Shown: in pieces, positions 8,835 to 18,241 of the stretch
How positions within the stretch are numbered: the stretch's first letter is position 1
How the letters are laid out: every line of letters starts with the position of its first letter
Virus record (IMG/VR): IMGVR_UViG_3300030444_000009
Length of the DNA stretch: 43,116 bases
DNA from: a virus
Reading direction: 5' to 3' (one strand)
The notes under the pieces: generated by a model
The model's input: the letters and a program-made list of their open reading frames with translations, nothing else
Database searches by the model: none
Told to the model about the DNA's origin: nothing
Program-made: the position numbers and the translations under genes

Positions 8835-9205
8835 TGCCTGTAAACGATTTCACTAAATTCACCGTGATGGAGAATTTCACAAAGAAGTTCTGCTTTATGG
8901 TCAAAAAGCTGGTATCGGACGGCCTGTTTGGCTCTACCACCACATGGGAGGACGGTATGGAGTTCCTCGCCGTAGAGCGCCACGACCAGACCATTGAAGC
9001 GCAGCAGGCAGAGCAGCAGGGCACGGCATCCACCTACTCCCTCTATGTGGATAAGGGCATCAAGCTGTCCCCCTTCGACCGCATCAAGCGGCTGGACGAT
9101 GGGCAGACCTATGAGGTGACCACCGCGAGCAGCGACAAGATTTCTCCCGCCGAAAGCCAGATGAATCTTGCCGTTGTGCAGTGCAAAAAGGTGGTGCTTT
9201 CCTGA
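8834..9205 (+). CDS. Putative head closure / head-tail adaptor protein
   Basis: 123 aa, TAATG coupling to the previous gene. C-terminal RIKRLDDGQTYEVT pattern resembles head-closure proteins. Confidence 0.45.
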   Translation: MPVNDFTKFTVMENFTKKFCFMVKKLVSDGLFGSTTTWEDGMEFLAVERHDQTIEAQQAEQQGTASTYSLYVDKGIKLSPFDRIKRLDDGQTYEVTTASSDKISPAESQMNLAVVQCKKVVLS

Positions 9206-9582
9206 TGGGCGCAGCAGAAGCCATTACCACGGCGCTGAACAGCTATTTTACGCTGTTCAATATTCCGGTATACCCGGAGGATTTCGTGCCGCAGGGCACT
9301 TCCCTGCCCTATATCACGGTGCTGCCGGTCATCCCCAAAGGTTTTGACGAGAGCAGCACCTTTCATGCGCGGCTGTGGTATCCGGTAGACGGCGGCAAGC
9401 TACCCATCATCCGCAAAACAGATGAGATGCGCGCTGCCCTCGGGGATGGGCTTACCATCGAGTGCGAGGGCGGCGCAATTCTTTTATGCGCGGGCAATCC
9501 GTGGGCGCAGTCTATGGACAACCCCCCGGAAAAATACCTGTGCACATACCTTACTTTTGACGTCACATCCTTTGTGGTGTGA
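9205..9582 (+). CDS. Putative tail completion/terminator protein (DUF3168-like)
   Basis: 125 aa, TGATG coupling. LNSYFTLFNIPVYPEDFVP...LPYITV pattern. Directly upstream of the major tail gene. Confidence 0.4.
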   Translation: MGAAEAITTALNSYFTLFNIPVYPEDFVPQGTSLPYITVLPVIPKGFDESSTFHARLWYPVDGGKLPIIRKTDEMRAALGDGLTIECEGGAILLCAGNPWAQSMDNPPEKYLCTYLTFDVTSFVV

Positions 9583-9595
9583 GAAAGGATAACGC

Positions 9596-10156
9596 ATGAA
9601 CAAAATGTATCACGCCATTTCGGCAGATGCTTTCAAAAAGCTTCAGTTTCAGGCTGGCGCACTGCTGAAGAAGTTCGACCCGGCGGGCACTACCCCCATT
9701 GCAGCGGAGGATATGATCTGCCTGACGTCCGGCGGCATCACCGTCAGCTGCAAGCCCAACACCATTGATCTGGGCGAGGATCTGGACGAAGTGCCCGAGA
9801 ACACCTATCAGCTCAAGCACATTACCAGTTGGGATTGTGGTCTGTCTACCACCTGCATGACCGTGAGCGCCGACACCATCAAGCTGGAACTGGGCGCTGC
9901 GGATGTGGAAACAAACAAGATCACCGTCCGCGAGGACTACAAAAACGAGGACTTCCAGGATATCTGGTGGCATGGCAATCTGATCGGCGGCGGCTATGCT
10001 GCGGTCAAGCTGATGAAGGCCGTGAGCGATGGCGGCCTTGAACTGAAAACCACCAAGGACGGCAAGGGCAACCTCAACCTGAGCCTGAAGGGCCACTACG
10101 ACATGACCGACACCAGCAAGGTGCCTATGGAGTTCTACGTCAAGGAGGCAGAGTAA
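9596..10156 (+). CDS. Major tail protein
   Basis: 186 aa between the connector genes and the chaperone/tape-measure genes, the canonical siphovirus order. Confidence 0.65.
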   Translation: MNKMYHAISADAFKKLQFQAGALLKKFDPAGTTPIAAEDMICLTSGGITVSCKPNTIDLGEDLDEVPENTYQLKHITSWDCGLSTTCMTVSADTIKLELGAADVETNKITVREDYKNEDFQDIWWHGNLIGGGYAAVKLMKAVSDGGLELKTTKDGKGNLNLSLKGHYDMTDTSKVPMEFYVKEAE

Positions 10157-10629
10157 TGATCCTTACCATCAATCTTGACCCCGTGGAAGCCCTGCCCAAG
10201 CTGTATGACGCGGTGGACGGCATCACCCGCATGATCATGGACGCAAAGGACAACGTGGACAACCCGGAGACCAAAGCCGCCCGGGAGACCATCGTTGCCA
10301 ACGCCATGAAGCTGCTGGGTGCAGAGCCTGCCGAAACCGCAGAGGGCAAGAAAAAGCTGACCCCGCGCGAGTTTGCGCTGGCTGCGCTGGACTTTATTAA
10401 GCCCCTGATGAAGCTTGACCCGCAGCGCACCATGAACGCCCTGCACCAGTTGTACACGCTGGAAAAGGGCGAGAAGGACACCTTGCCCAAGGCATTCACC
10501 TCGCTTACCAAGTCCGTGATGCAGGAGGATATGCAGGATTTTTTGTCATCGCTGGCCGACTTGAACGGCCTGAGTTTTGGCACTACCTCTGCCGCGCCGA
10601 CCTCCAGCATCTCCGCGCCTACGGAATAA
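10156..10629 (+). CDS. Tail assembly chaperone (G-like)
   Basis: 157 aa, acidic, between major tail and tape measure. Contains a slippery heptamer near its 3' end. Confidence 0.6.
   Translation: MILTINLDPVEALPKLYDAVDGITRMIMDAKDNVDNPETKAARETIVANAMKLLGAEPAETAEGKKKLTPREFALAALDFIKPLMKLDPQRTMNALHQLYTLEKGEKDTLPKAFTSLTKSVMQEDMQDFLSSLADLNGLSFGTTSAAPTSSISAPTE
10539..10545 (+). promoter_or_regulatory. Candidate -1 programmed frameshift site T-TTT-TTG
   Basis: Zero frame reads GAT TTT TTG. The -1 frame is open from here to the TGA at 10896-10898. Confidence 0.5.
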
Positions 10630-10898
10630 AGTATTTCGTCTGGTTTGTCATCAGCGAGATGCGCGAACGCCACCGCACAAAGGCATACCAGCTGTATACG
10701 GCTGATATGCTTTTTCTTTGTGCTGTATCGCTGGGGCAGCAAGTGGAGCAGTCCTTCAGCGAGATCATGGCAGAGTATGACAAGCCGCTATCTGAGCGCC
10801 GACACGAAACAACACTGGAAGAAGCGCAGGCGTGCTGGGAAAAGACGCTTGCAGACAGTAAAAAAGCCGCAGAGCAGAACGGAGGTGGTGAGACCTGA
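10539..10898 (+). CDS. T-like extension of the tail assembly chaperone (G-T fusion via -1 frameshift; the track lists 10659-10898 as a separate ORF)
   Basis: The -1 frame relative to 10156-10629 has no stop between 10539 and 10898. No convincing RBS precedes ATG 10659. Confidence 0.5.
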   Translation, partial: FFVIAGRLERPEFWHYLCRADLQHLRAYGIKYFVWFVISEMRERHRTKAYQLYTADMLFLCAVSLGQQVEQSFSEIMAEYDKPLSERRHETTLEEAQACWEKTLADSKKAAEQNGGGET

Positions 10899-10912
10899 AT
10901 ATTTTTAATTTG

Positions 10913-13603
10913 ATGGCCACTTTGGGGCTTGATACCTCCGAGTATGAGCAGGGCATCGAGCAGGCCAGAAAAGAGACGCAAAGCGCCGCAAACTCGCTGA
11001 ACCGCAGCGCAAACACCGCCGGGAGCGGCGTTTCTGGCATGGCAAGCCAGTTTGCAGCAGCCAGCGCAAAAGCGACTGTCCTTGCAAATATGCTTACTTC
11101 GCTTGGGACAAAGGCGGTAGGCCTTGCAAAGGGCTTTGTGGAGATGGGCATTTCTTATAATGCCCAGATAGAAAAGTACACCACCGGCTTTACCAATATG
11201 TTGGGCAGCGCACAGGCCGCGCAGGAAGCCATGCAGGCTATTCAGGAGGACGCAGCCCGCACCCCGTTTGACGTGGCATCCCTGACGCAAGCAAACCAGT
11301 TGCTCATCAGCGCAGGCGAAAATGCTGCGTATTCCCGCAAGGTCATCAATGCACTGGGCGATGCAGTTTCCGCAACTGGCGGCGGCAACGCCGAACTATC
11401 CCGCATGGCTGCAAACCTGCAGCAGATCGCAAACGTGGGCAAGGCTGCAACGATAGACATCAAGCAGTTTGCCTATGCCGGCATCAATATCTATCAGATT
11501 TTGGCAGACTACACCGGCAAATCGGTGCAGGAAGTCCAGAATATGACCATTAGTTACGACCTTCTTTCACAGGCGCTCATAGCAGCCAGCGAGGAGGGCG
11601 GGCGTTACTATAACGCCATGGACACCCAGAGCCAGACCATGAACGGGCGTATATCCACCCTGAAGGATAACGTCAGCCAGCTGGCTGGACTTATGACCGG
11701 CGACCTTTCCTCCGGCATCGGCGTTGTGATAGGCCACCTGAACGACATGGTTGTCGCAGCGCAGGAAGCCTACAAGGAAGACGGCTGGAAGGGTCTCGGG
11801 AACGCAATCCTTGAACTGGATAATCCCATCAGTGCTATCATCAAAAAGTTTGGGCAGCTTGGCAGCGCGGCCGTTAGTGCACTGGATAAGGCAAGCTACT
11901 ATCTGAACAAGGCACTGGGAAAAAACGCTTATTCTGGTTACGACAGCTACGAGGACTACAGAGAGGATCAGCAAAAGCAAAGCAACAGGAACCGGCTGCG
12001 GCAGAACGCTCTTTCCGGCAAAAGCGTAAGCAATAAAAGCTGGTCTGAGCGACAAGCAGAAGCAGCGGCCGCGAGCGGCGGCAGCTCCATCGTCACAAGC
12101 CCTTCCAGTTCTTCCGGCAAGAGCACCGGCACAAAATCCAAGACTGAAACCGTCATAGCGTCCGTGTCGCACACCGCCACCACCACCGCACAGAACGCGC
12201 TTGGCGCCGTGACTACAAGCGTTGAGACCTTGCAGGAGAAGGTAAAGGACGCAGCGGGCAACATCAAAGACCGCGTGACCGAGACCACCACCGAGACCGG
12301 TAAAGAGATGGTCAACGGTGTTGCTACTACCTATACGCTTGTGACCAAGAAAGTTACGGACGCGAACGGCAAGATAAGCACCACGACCAAGAAGGTCTAC
12401 GCCGATATGTCCAAGACCCTGCTTGGCACCCTGACCACCATTGCAGAAAAGACCTTCAACGGCATCACCACCACTACGCAGCAGGCTGTGGAGACCTACG
12501 CGGACGGCAGCCAGCACATCAAAACAACCGCCACCGAGACCGGCGAGCGCATTGTGGACGGCGTGCGGCAGACCTACACCAAGGTCATCAGCTACATTGA
12601 CGGCGTGCAGGACAAGGTGACAGAGACCGCGCAGAACATCGACAAGAGCATCAAGGCGACCCAAAAGCGCATTGAAGAGAATCTGAGCAAAGCACAGCAG
12701 CAGCTTAACAGCGGTATCTTCAAGATTGGAAAAAATCTGTATACCGACCTGAAAAATCAGGACTGGGCAGCGCTTGGGCTGGATATCGTCAACATGATGT
12801 GGGGCGAGGTGTCGCAGGAGCAGCGCGAAGTCCTGTCTGACTGGGCAAACAAGGCGCTGGAAGCCATCAACGAAGCTTATTCCGGCGGCGGTCTGAGCGA
12901 GGCGTTCAATGCTTTTAAGCAGATCATGTCCAACGGCATCAAAGCAGATGCGGACGGCGTTACCACAAGCGTAGACGGGCTGAGCAAAGTGTTTCAGGAT
13001 TTGGGCATCAACGTTTCCGATGTCGGCAGCAAGATCATGGGTGTGCTGAACACCATTGGCTCCGGCATGGGCAGCTTTGCCCTCAACGCGGGCACGGATA
13101 TTGCAAACCTTGCCGGGAGCATGGGCAGCCTTGGCACGATCGCCGAGGGCGCAGGCGGGCTGATCGCAAAGGTGGGCAGCCTGATTATGGCAAACCCGGA
13201 GGTCGCCGCGATCATCGCCATTGTGGCGGGCGTGGTGGCGCTGGGCGTGGCGCTGTGGGCAAAGTTTGGCAAGGGCAAGAGCAGCGGCACTACCAGCACG
13301 CAGCACGTGCACTCCTACAAGGATATTCAGGACGCTTACTGGTACGGCAACGAGCGTGCTTTTGCAGGCTACGACTACCGCACCGACCCCTACGTCATGA
13401 ACCCGGACAACAACGCCATGCTGACCTATCAGGCCAAAATGCAGGCGCAGATGGAGCGGCTCTACGGTGTGGTGGAGAAATATCTGCCGGAAGCCGGAAA
13501 CAGCGTGATTGCGCTTGACGGCGAGCAGGTAGGCCGCATCATTACCCCCAGCGTAAACAGAAGCCTGGGAGACCTTACGGTGCTGAGCGAACGAGGGAAC
13601 TGA
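10913..13603 (+). CDS. Tape measure protein
   Basis: About 896 aa, Ala/Gly/Thr-rich with a C-terminal hydrophobic segment (AAIIAIVAGVVALGVALWA). Canonical position. Confidence 0.85.
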   Translation: MATLGLDTSEYEQGIEQARKETQSAANSLNRSANTAGSGVSGMASQFAAASAKATVLANMLTSLGTKAVGLAKGFVEMGISYNAQIEKYTTGFTNMLGSAQAAQEAMQAIQEDAARTPFDVASLTQANQLLISAGENAAYSRKVINALGDAVSATGGGNAELSRMAANLQQIANVGKAATIDIKQFAYAGINIYQILADYTGKSVQEVQNMTISYDLLSQALIAASEEGGRYYNAMDTQSQTMNGRISTLKDNVSQLAGLMTGDLSSGIGVVIGHLNDMVVAAQEAYKEDGWKGLGNAILELDNPISAIIKKFGQLGSAAVSALDKASYYLNKALGKNAYSGYDSYEDYREDQQKQSNRNRLRQNALSGKSVSNKSWSERQAEAAAASGGSSIVTSPSSSSGKSTGTKSKTETVIASVSHTATTTAQNALGAVTTSVETLQEKVKDAAGNIKDRVTETTTETGKEMVNGVATTYTLVTKKVTDANGKISTTTKKVYADMSKTLLGTLTTIAEKTFNGITTTTQQAVETYADGSQHIKTTATETGERIVDGVRQTYTKVISYIDGVQDKVTETAQNIDKSIKATQKRIEENLSKAQQQLNSGIFKIGKNLYTDLKNQDWAALGLDIVNMMWGEVSQEQREVLSDWANKALEAINEAYSGGGLSEAFNAFKQIMSNGIKADADGVTTSVDGLSKVFQDLGINVSDVGSKIMGVLNTIGSGMGSFALNAGTDIANLAGSMGSLGTIAEGAGGLIAKVGSLIMANPEVAAIIAIVAGVVALGVALWAKFGKGKSSGTTSTQHVHSYKDIQDAYWYGNERAFAGYDYRTDPYVMNPDNNAMLTYQAKMQAQMERLYGVVEKYLPEAGNSVIALDGEQVGRIITPSVNRSLGDLTVLSERGN

Positions 13604-13604
13604 T

Positions 13605-15581
13605 ATGTACGAGATCTACGCATACCCCTTTGGCAACCCGGACGCAAAGCTGCTGCTCTATCGTCCCAACGACCCGCAGGCACTGGTGCTGTCCCCCAAG
13701 CTGACCCGCGAGGTCAGCAAGGGCGGCAGCCTTGTTTTTACCATGACGCGGGATCATACGCAGTACGATATGCTGCAAAAGCTGAGCACGGTGGTGCAGG
13801 TGCGGCGGGATGGCAAAGAAATCTGGCGTGGGCGGGTGCTGAAGCATGAAGCCGATTTTTACAACCGGCGGGTGGTGTACTGCGAGGGCGCGCTGAGCTA
13901 CTTCAACGACAGCAGCATCACCCCATTTAACTACAAGGGCACCCTGCGCCAGTTTTTGCAGCACATCGTTGCCGCCCACAACGAGCAGGTAAAAAGCAAG
14001 ATGAAATGCTTCCAGCTGGGCACGGTAACGGCGGCGCTGGGCAATTTGCAGGTGCAGTTTGGCGATGCCGACCAGTACGGTGTTGGCGAGGATTACGGCA
14101 AAGTGTGGGACATTCTGGACAAGCTGGTGCTCAAAGTGTTCGGCGGTTACTTCTACTGCGGCTTTGACGCGGCTACCGGCTACAACGTGCTGAACTATTG
14201 CGATCAGGCAGTGGAAGCCAAGCGGCAGACCGCCCAGAAAATCGAGTACGGACGCAATCTGCTCAACCTGAGCGAAACCACAGACGCCACCGACCTTTAT
14301 ACCCGCATCTATCCTATCGGCAACAAGCACACAGTGGACACCTCCAAGTGGTACTACAAGCTCATGTGGTGGCGGGACCCCTCCAAGGATAAGCACGAAG
14401 AGCGTTGGGGCATCATGGAAGCAGATGCCGCTACCGTTGCGCAGTATCTGCCTGCATCGGGCTACTCTTACAACTTGGAAGAGGGCTGGATCCAGAACGA
14501 CACCGCGGTGCAGAAGTTTGGCATCATTACCCGCATCGTGGAACTTGACACCGACAGCGCAAACGACACCTTTGCAGCCGGTGTGCAGGCATTGCAGCAG
14601 AACTACGCTATGAAGACCAGCTACGTCATCCGGGCGGTGGATCTCGTAGACGCAGGCTACGATACAGACCGGCTGGATTTTTCCATGTACTCCCATATTA
14701 TCAGCAAGCCGCACAGTGTGGATGCCGTCATGCTCTGTACCAAGCTGGTGGAACCGCTGGAAAAGCCTGCGCAGAAAGAGTTCACATTTGGCATGACCCG
14801 CCGCACCCTGACAGACCGTCAGGTGGCCAATATGGGCACGACAAATCTGCTGGTGGAAAGCGCTTACACCTCCGAAAAATACCATCAGGATATGCTGAAA
14901 CGGCTGTTTGCCGCCTCCGAACAGGCAAAAAAGGATTCCGATGAAGCCGCCAAGACCGCCACAAACTTTTTGGAGTACACCCCGCAAAACGGCCTCATTG
15001 TCCGGCACGATTCTCTGCCCGGCAAGCAAGTGCAGATCCTGAACGATGGCATCCGGGTCATGGATGGCAGCAGCATGGTCAATATCCAGGCCAACGCCAT
15101 CTCCATCACGGACGGCATGGGCAGCTGTTCCATCAATAGCGGTTCAATTATTTTCAACGGCATTCGCAACAGTAAAATTTTTGAATGGCCTTATCAAAAG
15201 GATTCTCATGGCAACCGAATAGGAGAATTTACTGCACAAACAACAAAAATCGACCTTTCTTCCTACTCGTCTGTAATGCTGGTCTATGACACGCATAAAG
15301 GCGGAACATGGTTTGCAAGTGGAGGCAGTGCTGGTAGACTTACGGTCGTTCTTCCTGTTAATGGGCAAACGTACTCTTATGCTTATCCGTGGAATACCGT
15401 CCATTGGAGAACCGTCAAAGTGAGCGACACGGGAATAACGTTTGGTAGCGGAAACGAAAGAACATCCGACTATAAAAATAACGTTATAACTGGCGTGATA
15501 CATTTGGAAGTTCCTATTACTGATGGTGTTACGAAAAACGATGAGGTTTGCCGCCCGTTGGAACTATACGGTTTTATGTGA
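13605..15581 (+). CDS. Tail/baseplate structural protein (minor structural protein N-terminal domain type; Dit/Tal-like)
   Basis: 658 aa directly after the tape measure. The C-terminal ~145 aa (from about 15140) is visibly AT-richer. Confidence 0.6.
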   Translation: MYEIYAYPFGNPDAKLLLYRPNDPQALVLSPKLTREVSKGGSLVFTMTRDHTQYDMLQKLSTVVQVRRDGKEIWRGRVLKHEADFYNRRVVYCEGALSYFNDSSITPFNYKGTLRQFLQHIVAAHNEQVKSKMKCFQLGTVTAALGNLQVQFGDADQYGVGEDYGKVWDILDKLVLKVFGGYFYCGFDAATGYNVLNYCDQAVEAKRQTAQKIEYGRNLLNLSETTDATDLYTRIYPIGNKHTVDTSKWYYKLMWWRDPSKDKHEERWGIMEADAATVAQYLPASGYSYNLEEGWIQNDTAVQKFGIITRIVELDTDSANDTFAAGVQALQQNYAMKTSYVIRAVDLVDAGYDTDRLDFSMYSHIISKPHSVDAVMLCTKLVEPLEKPAQKEFTFGMTRRTLTDRQVANMGTTNLLVESAYTSEKYHQDMLKRLFAASEQAKKDSDEAAKTATNFLEYTPQNGLIVRHDSLPGKQVQILNDGIRVMDGSSMVNIQANAISITDGMGSCSINSGSIIFNGIRNSKIFEWPYQKDSHGNRIGEFTAQTTKIDLSSYSSVMLVYDTHKGGTWFASGGSAGRLTVVLPVNGQTYSYAYPWNTVHWRTVKVSDTGITFGSGNERTSDYKNNVITGVIHLEVPITDGVTKNDEVCRPLELYGFM

Positions 15582-15589
15582 GGAGAACT

Positions 15590-15850
15590 ATGAAACACTT
15601 TAAATTCAAGTGTAAGGTCTGCTCTGATGGGCGGCTGTATGCAGGCGGCTGGTGCCACGAAAGCGTCATTCCGAACCCGCTGCCGCCTGATGAGATTCTT
15701 CTGGATGATCTGTCCGGTATCACGCAGGGGTTCTACACAGATTATCTCTGGGACGGCGAAAAGCTGATCTATCGTCCGCCTGAACCATCTGCTGAGCATG
15801 CCCAGGCAGTACAGACTTCCGATGACGGAACCGAGGTGACCTACACATGA
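15590..15850 (+). CDS. Hypothetical tail-module protein (86 aa)
   Basis: ATG 15590 after GAGGAGAA; coupled (ATGA) to the next gene. Confidence 0.5.
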   Translation: MKHFKFKCKVCSDGRLYAGGWCHESVIPNPLPPDEILLDDLSGITQGFYTDYLWDGEKLIYRPPEPSAEHAQAVQTSDDGTEVTYT

Positions 15851-16350
15851 GAGACTATGCCGCACTGGAAGCGCTCGCCGCCCAAAACCCCCGCATGAAC
15901 GATATGCGCATCACAACGCCGACCAAGACGTTCTCCATGCGGTCTGACTTTGGGCTGTGGCTCAAGCGCGGCTCTCCGCAGATCGGCAAACCGGAAACCG
16001 ATTCTATGCTTGTGGAAGTGCCCGGCGCAGATTTTCTGCTGGATCTGACCCGCGCCGTAGATGGCAGCGTGCACCACAAAAAGCGGAAGATCACCATGGA
16101 CTTTGTCTGCGACCGGCCTAAAACACAATGGGCATATATCCGGTCTAGACTGGAAGCGTTGCTGCAGGGGCAGTGGCTGCACTTCTATTTTGTCCGGGAC
16201 GGCGAGGTCTGGGCTGGGCAGCTGGACGTAGAGATGACCCCCGGCGAGTATAAAGCTGCCGTGAAGATCACCGCGACCTGCGACCCGTGGCCGAAAGATC
16301 ATTACTTTATTCTGGACGCTTCCAAGCTGGATACAGACAAAATTGCATAA
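15847..16350 (+). CDS. Putative tail family (Dit-like) protein
   Basis: FSMRSDFGLWLKRGSPQIGKPETDSMLVEVPGADFLLDLT resembles the N-terminal pattern of distal tail proteins. Confidence 0.35.
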   Translation: MRDYAALEALAAQNPRMNDMRITTPTKTFSMRSDFGLWLKRGSPQIGKPETDSMLVEVPGADFLLDLTRAVDGSVHHKKRKITMDFVCDRPKTQWAYIRSRLEALLQGQWLHFYFVRDGEVWAGQLDVEMTPGEYKAAVKITATCDPWPKDHYFILDASKLDTDKIA

Positions 16351-16359
16351 GGAGGATAC

Positions 16360-16929
16360 ATGGGTTATCAGAAACAGAATTTCGTTTCAGGTCAGGTGCT
16401 GAACAGCGCTCACCTGAACCACATCGAGAACGGCATTGTGGAGGTCGAATCTTCCGTATCCACTTCCATTGTGGACAAAGTCACAAAGGAAGAGCTTAAA
16501 AACACGATCGACCCCACCCTCTCCGTCGAGGGTAAGGCGGCGGATGCAAAGGCTACTGGTGACGCGGTTCAGGGCGTAAAGGATGACCTTGCCGCCGAGA
16601 CCGCTCGCGCGGAAACAGCGGAAAAAGCCAACGCGGACAACATCGCGGCTGAGGTCAAGCGCGCACAAGCCGCCGAAAGCGCCCTATCCACTAAAATCAC
16701 GGAGGAAACGGAGCGGGCAAAGGCGGCTGAACAGGAGAACGCGGAAGGAATTGCCGCCGAAGCATCCCGCGCCAAGGGTGAGGAGCAGCGCTTGGACACT
16801 GCCATTGCCGCCGAAAAGACCCGCGCGGAACAGGCAGAGCAAGCGCTGGATGCGCGCACCGCAGCTCTCGAATCCTGCGGATTTGTCGTGGTTGACGGCA
16901 AAGTCTGCATGAAATATGTTAAATCCTGA
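16360..16929 (+). CDS. Tail fibre protein (coiled-coil shaft)
   Basis: N-terminal FVSGQVLNSAHLNHIENGI motif common in phage fibres, then a long Ala/Glu/Lys-rich coiled coil. Confidence 0.65.
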   Translation: MGYQKQNFVSGQVLNSAHLNHIENGIVEVESSVSTSIVDKVTKEELKNTIDPTLSVEGKAADAKATGDAVQGVKDDLAAETARAETAEKANADNIAAEVKRAQAAESALSTKITEETERAKAAEQENAEGIAAEASRAKGEEQRLDTAIAAEKTRAEQAEQALDARTAALESCGFVVVDGKVCMKYVKS

Positions 16930-16943
16930 AAGGAGCAAAACAC

Positions 16944-18197
16944 ATGGCTGAAACTATGGTAACCGATCCGGTCTATCTGGATCAGACCGCAAAAGACAAC
17001 GGCAGAAAGCTTGACCAGATGACCGCCGCCCTGCTGGGTATGTCCAGCTCGCTGGGCGTGATTGCGCGGGCACAGACCGGCGTGGTGGAGGAGATGGACT
17101 ACAACGCCATCAAGTCGGTGGTGGCTGCCGGTAATGCACCGGCGGTTTTCCCGGTTGGCACGCAGCTTGTCAACACCTACACCGGCAAGGACGGCAAAGC
17201 CTACGACTGCCCGTGGGACGTAGTGAAGTCGGACGATACCGCAGAGGGTGAGACCGGCACCACCGCGCCTGCAATGGTGCTGCAGATGCACTACGCATCT
17301 CTGGAGGATATCCAGTTTTCTGAGTATCAGGCTTTTTATGTGGTGCAAGAATCCGGCCTTGCTGCTGGTACCTACAACGTCAAGATGGGTCTGGACTGGG
17401 GCACCAACGTCAAAAACGGCACTGTCTATCAGTTCACGTTGACCAAGAACGCCCCCGCAGGCGCACGCCTGACCGGCTTCTACAACGCCCCGGATACCGC
17501 ATCCACCAACTGGAAGGTGTACGTCTATAAGGATCAGCAGAAGTCTGAACTGCTGGAGACCTGCAACGTCTCTGCTGGCAGTGCGGGCATGAACCTCGGC
17601 ACGTTTTTGGCTAAGCCCAACGGCAACCTGAACGGCTTGCATCCGGTTAGCTACGGCGACAACCGGTGGTGGAAGTCCGCGTATCGTCAGTACCTCAACA
17701 GCGATGCACCCGCTAAAGAGTGGTGGGCTCCGCAGGACGAGTGGGACATGAAACCCGATCAGGCAGACACCGTGCCCGGCTTCCTTGCGGGCTTCTCTGA
17801 TGACTTCAAGGCTGCCCTGACCCGCGTGAAGGTCGTGACCTACGGCAACACCGTCACCGATGACGGCAGCGCTGTGGTGACCTATGACAAAATCTTCCTG
17901 CCCTCGCTGGAGGAGATCTACTGTTCTCCGCAGGTCAGTGGCGAGGGTACATACTGGCCGTACTGGAAGGAGCGCACCGGCGCAAAGACCCCGCAGGCTC
18001 TGTGGCAGACCTACCCGCTGCGTATCACCCGCGACCTTGCACAGCGCACTGTGGGCCGCGGTGTGCGGCTGCGCTCTGCGTTTCGTGGCTCCGGCGGCAA
18101 TGCCTTCACCGTGAACTCCATCGGCTACGTCGGCCACTGGCACGCGGTCACCGCGACTCGCTGCGCCCCGGCTTGCGAAATGACCAATCTTAAATAA
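16944..18197 (+). CDS. DGR target protein: receptor-binding tail protein with a C-terminal variable region
   Basis: 417 aa. The last ~45 codons are the VR copy of the downstream template repeat; ends ...RCAPACEMTNLK. Confidence 0.85.
   Translation: MAETMVTDPVYLDQTAKDNGRKLDQMTAALLGMSSSLGVIARAQTGVVEEMDYNAIKSVVAAGNAPAVFPVGTQLVNTYTGKDGKAYDCPWDVVKSDDTAEGETGTTAPAMVLQMHYASLEDIQFSEYQAFYVVQESGLAAGTYNVKMGLDWGTNVKNGTVYQFTLTKNAPAGARLTGFYNAPDTASTNWKVYVYKDQQKSELLETCNVSAGSAGMNLGTFLAKPNGNLNGLHPVSYGDNRWWKSAYRQYLNSDAPAKEWWAPQDEWDMKPDQADTVPGFLAGFSDDFKAALTRVKVVTYGNTVTDDGSAVVTYDKIFLPSLEEIYCSPQVSGEGTYWPYWKERTGAKTPQALWQTYPLRITRDLAQRTVGRGVRLRSAFRGSGGNAFTVNSIGYVGHWHAVTATRCAPACEMTNLK
18052..18175 (+). repeat. DGR variable repeat (VR)
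   Basis: 124-bp match to 18675-18798 at constant offset 623. 19 mismatches, 18 of them opposite TR adenines. Confidence 0.9.
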
Positions 18198-18198
18198 T

Positions 18199-18222
18199 CA
18201 CCGGGCAATCCCTTGCCCGGTG
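18199..18222 (+). promoter_or_regulatory. Perfect 10-bp GC-rich hairpin with 4-nt loop just 3' of the VR and target stop (DGR target-recognition hairpin candidate)
   Basis: CACCGGGCAA-TCCC-TTGCCCGGTG, with no T-run after it. Confidence 0.6.
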
Positions 18223-18241
18223 AGAAAGTGAGTGCTATCCC

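Noticed and set aside
11567-13312. 581-aa minus-strand ORF inside the tape measure gene, and the similar 484-aa ORF at 13575-15029
   Set aside because: Both are shadow ORFs of GC-rich coding sequence. The plus-strand genes have canonical order, coupling and RBSs.
16569-18143. 524-aa minus-strand ORF opposite the tail fibre and DGR target
   Set aside because: It is a shadow frame. The VR/TR logic and the target protein frame are on the plus strand.
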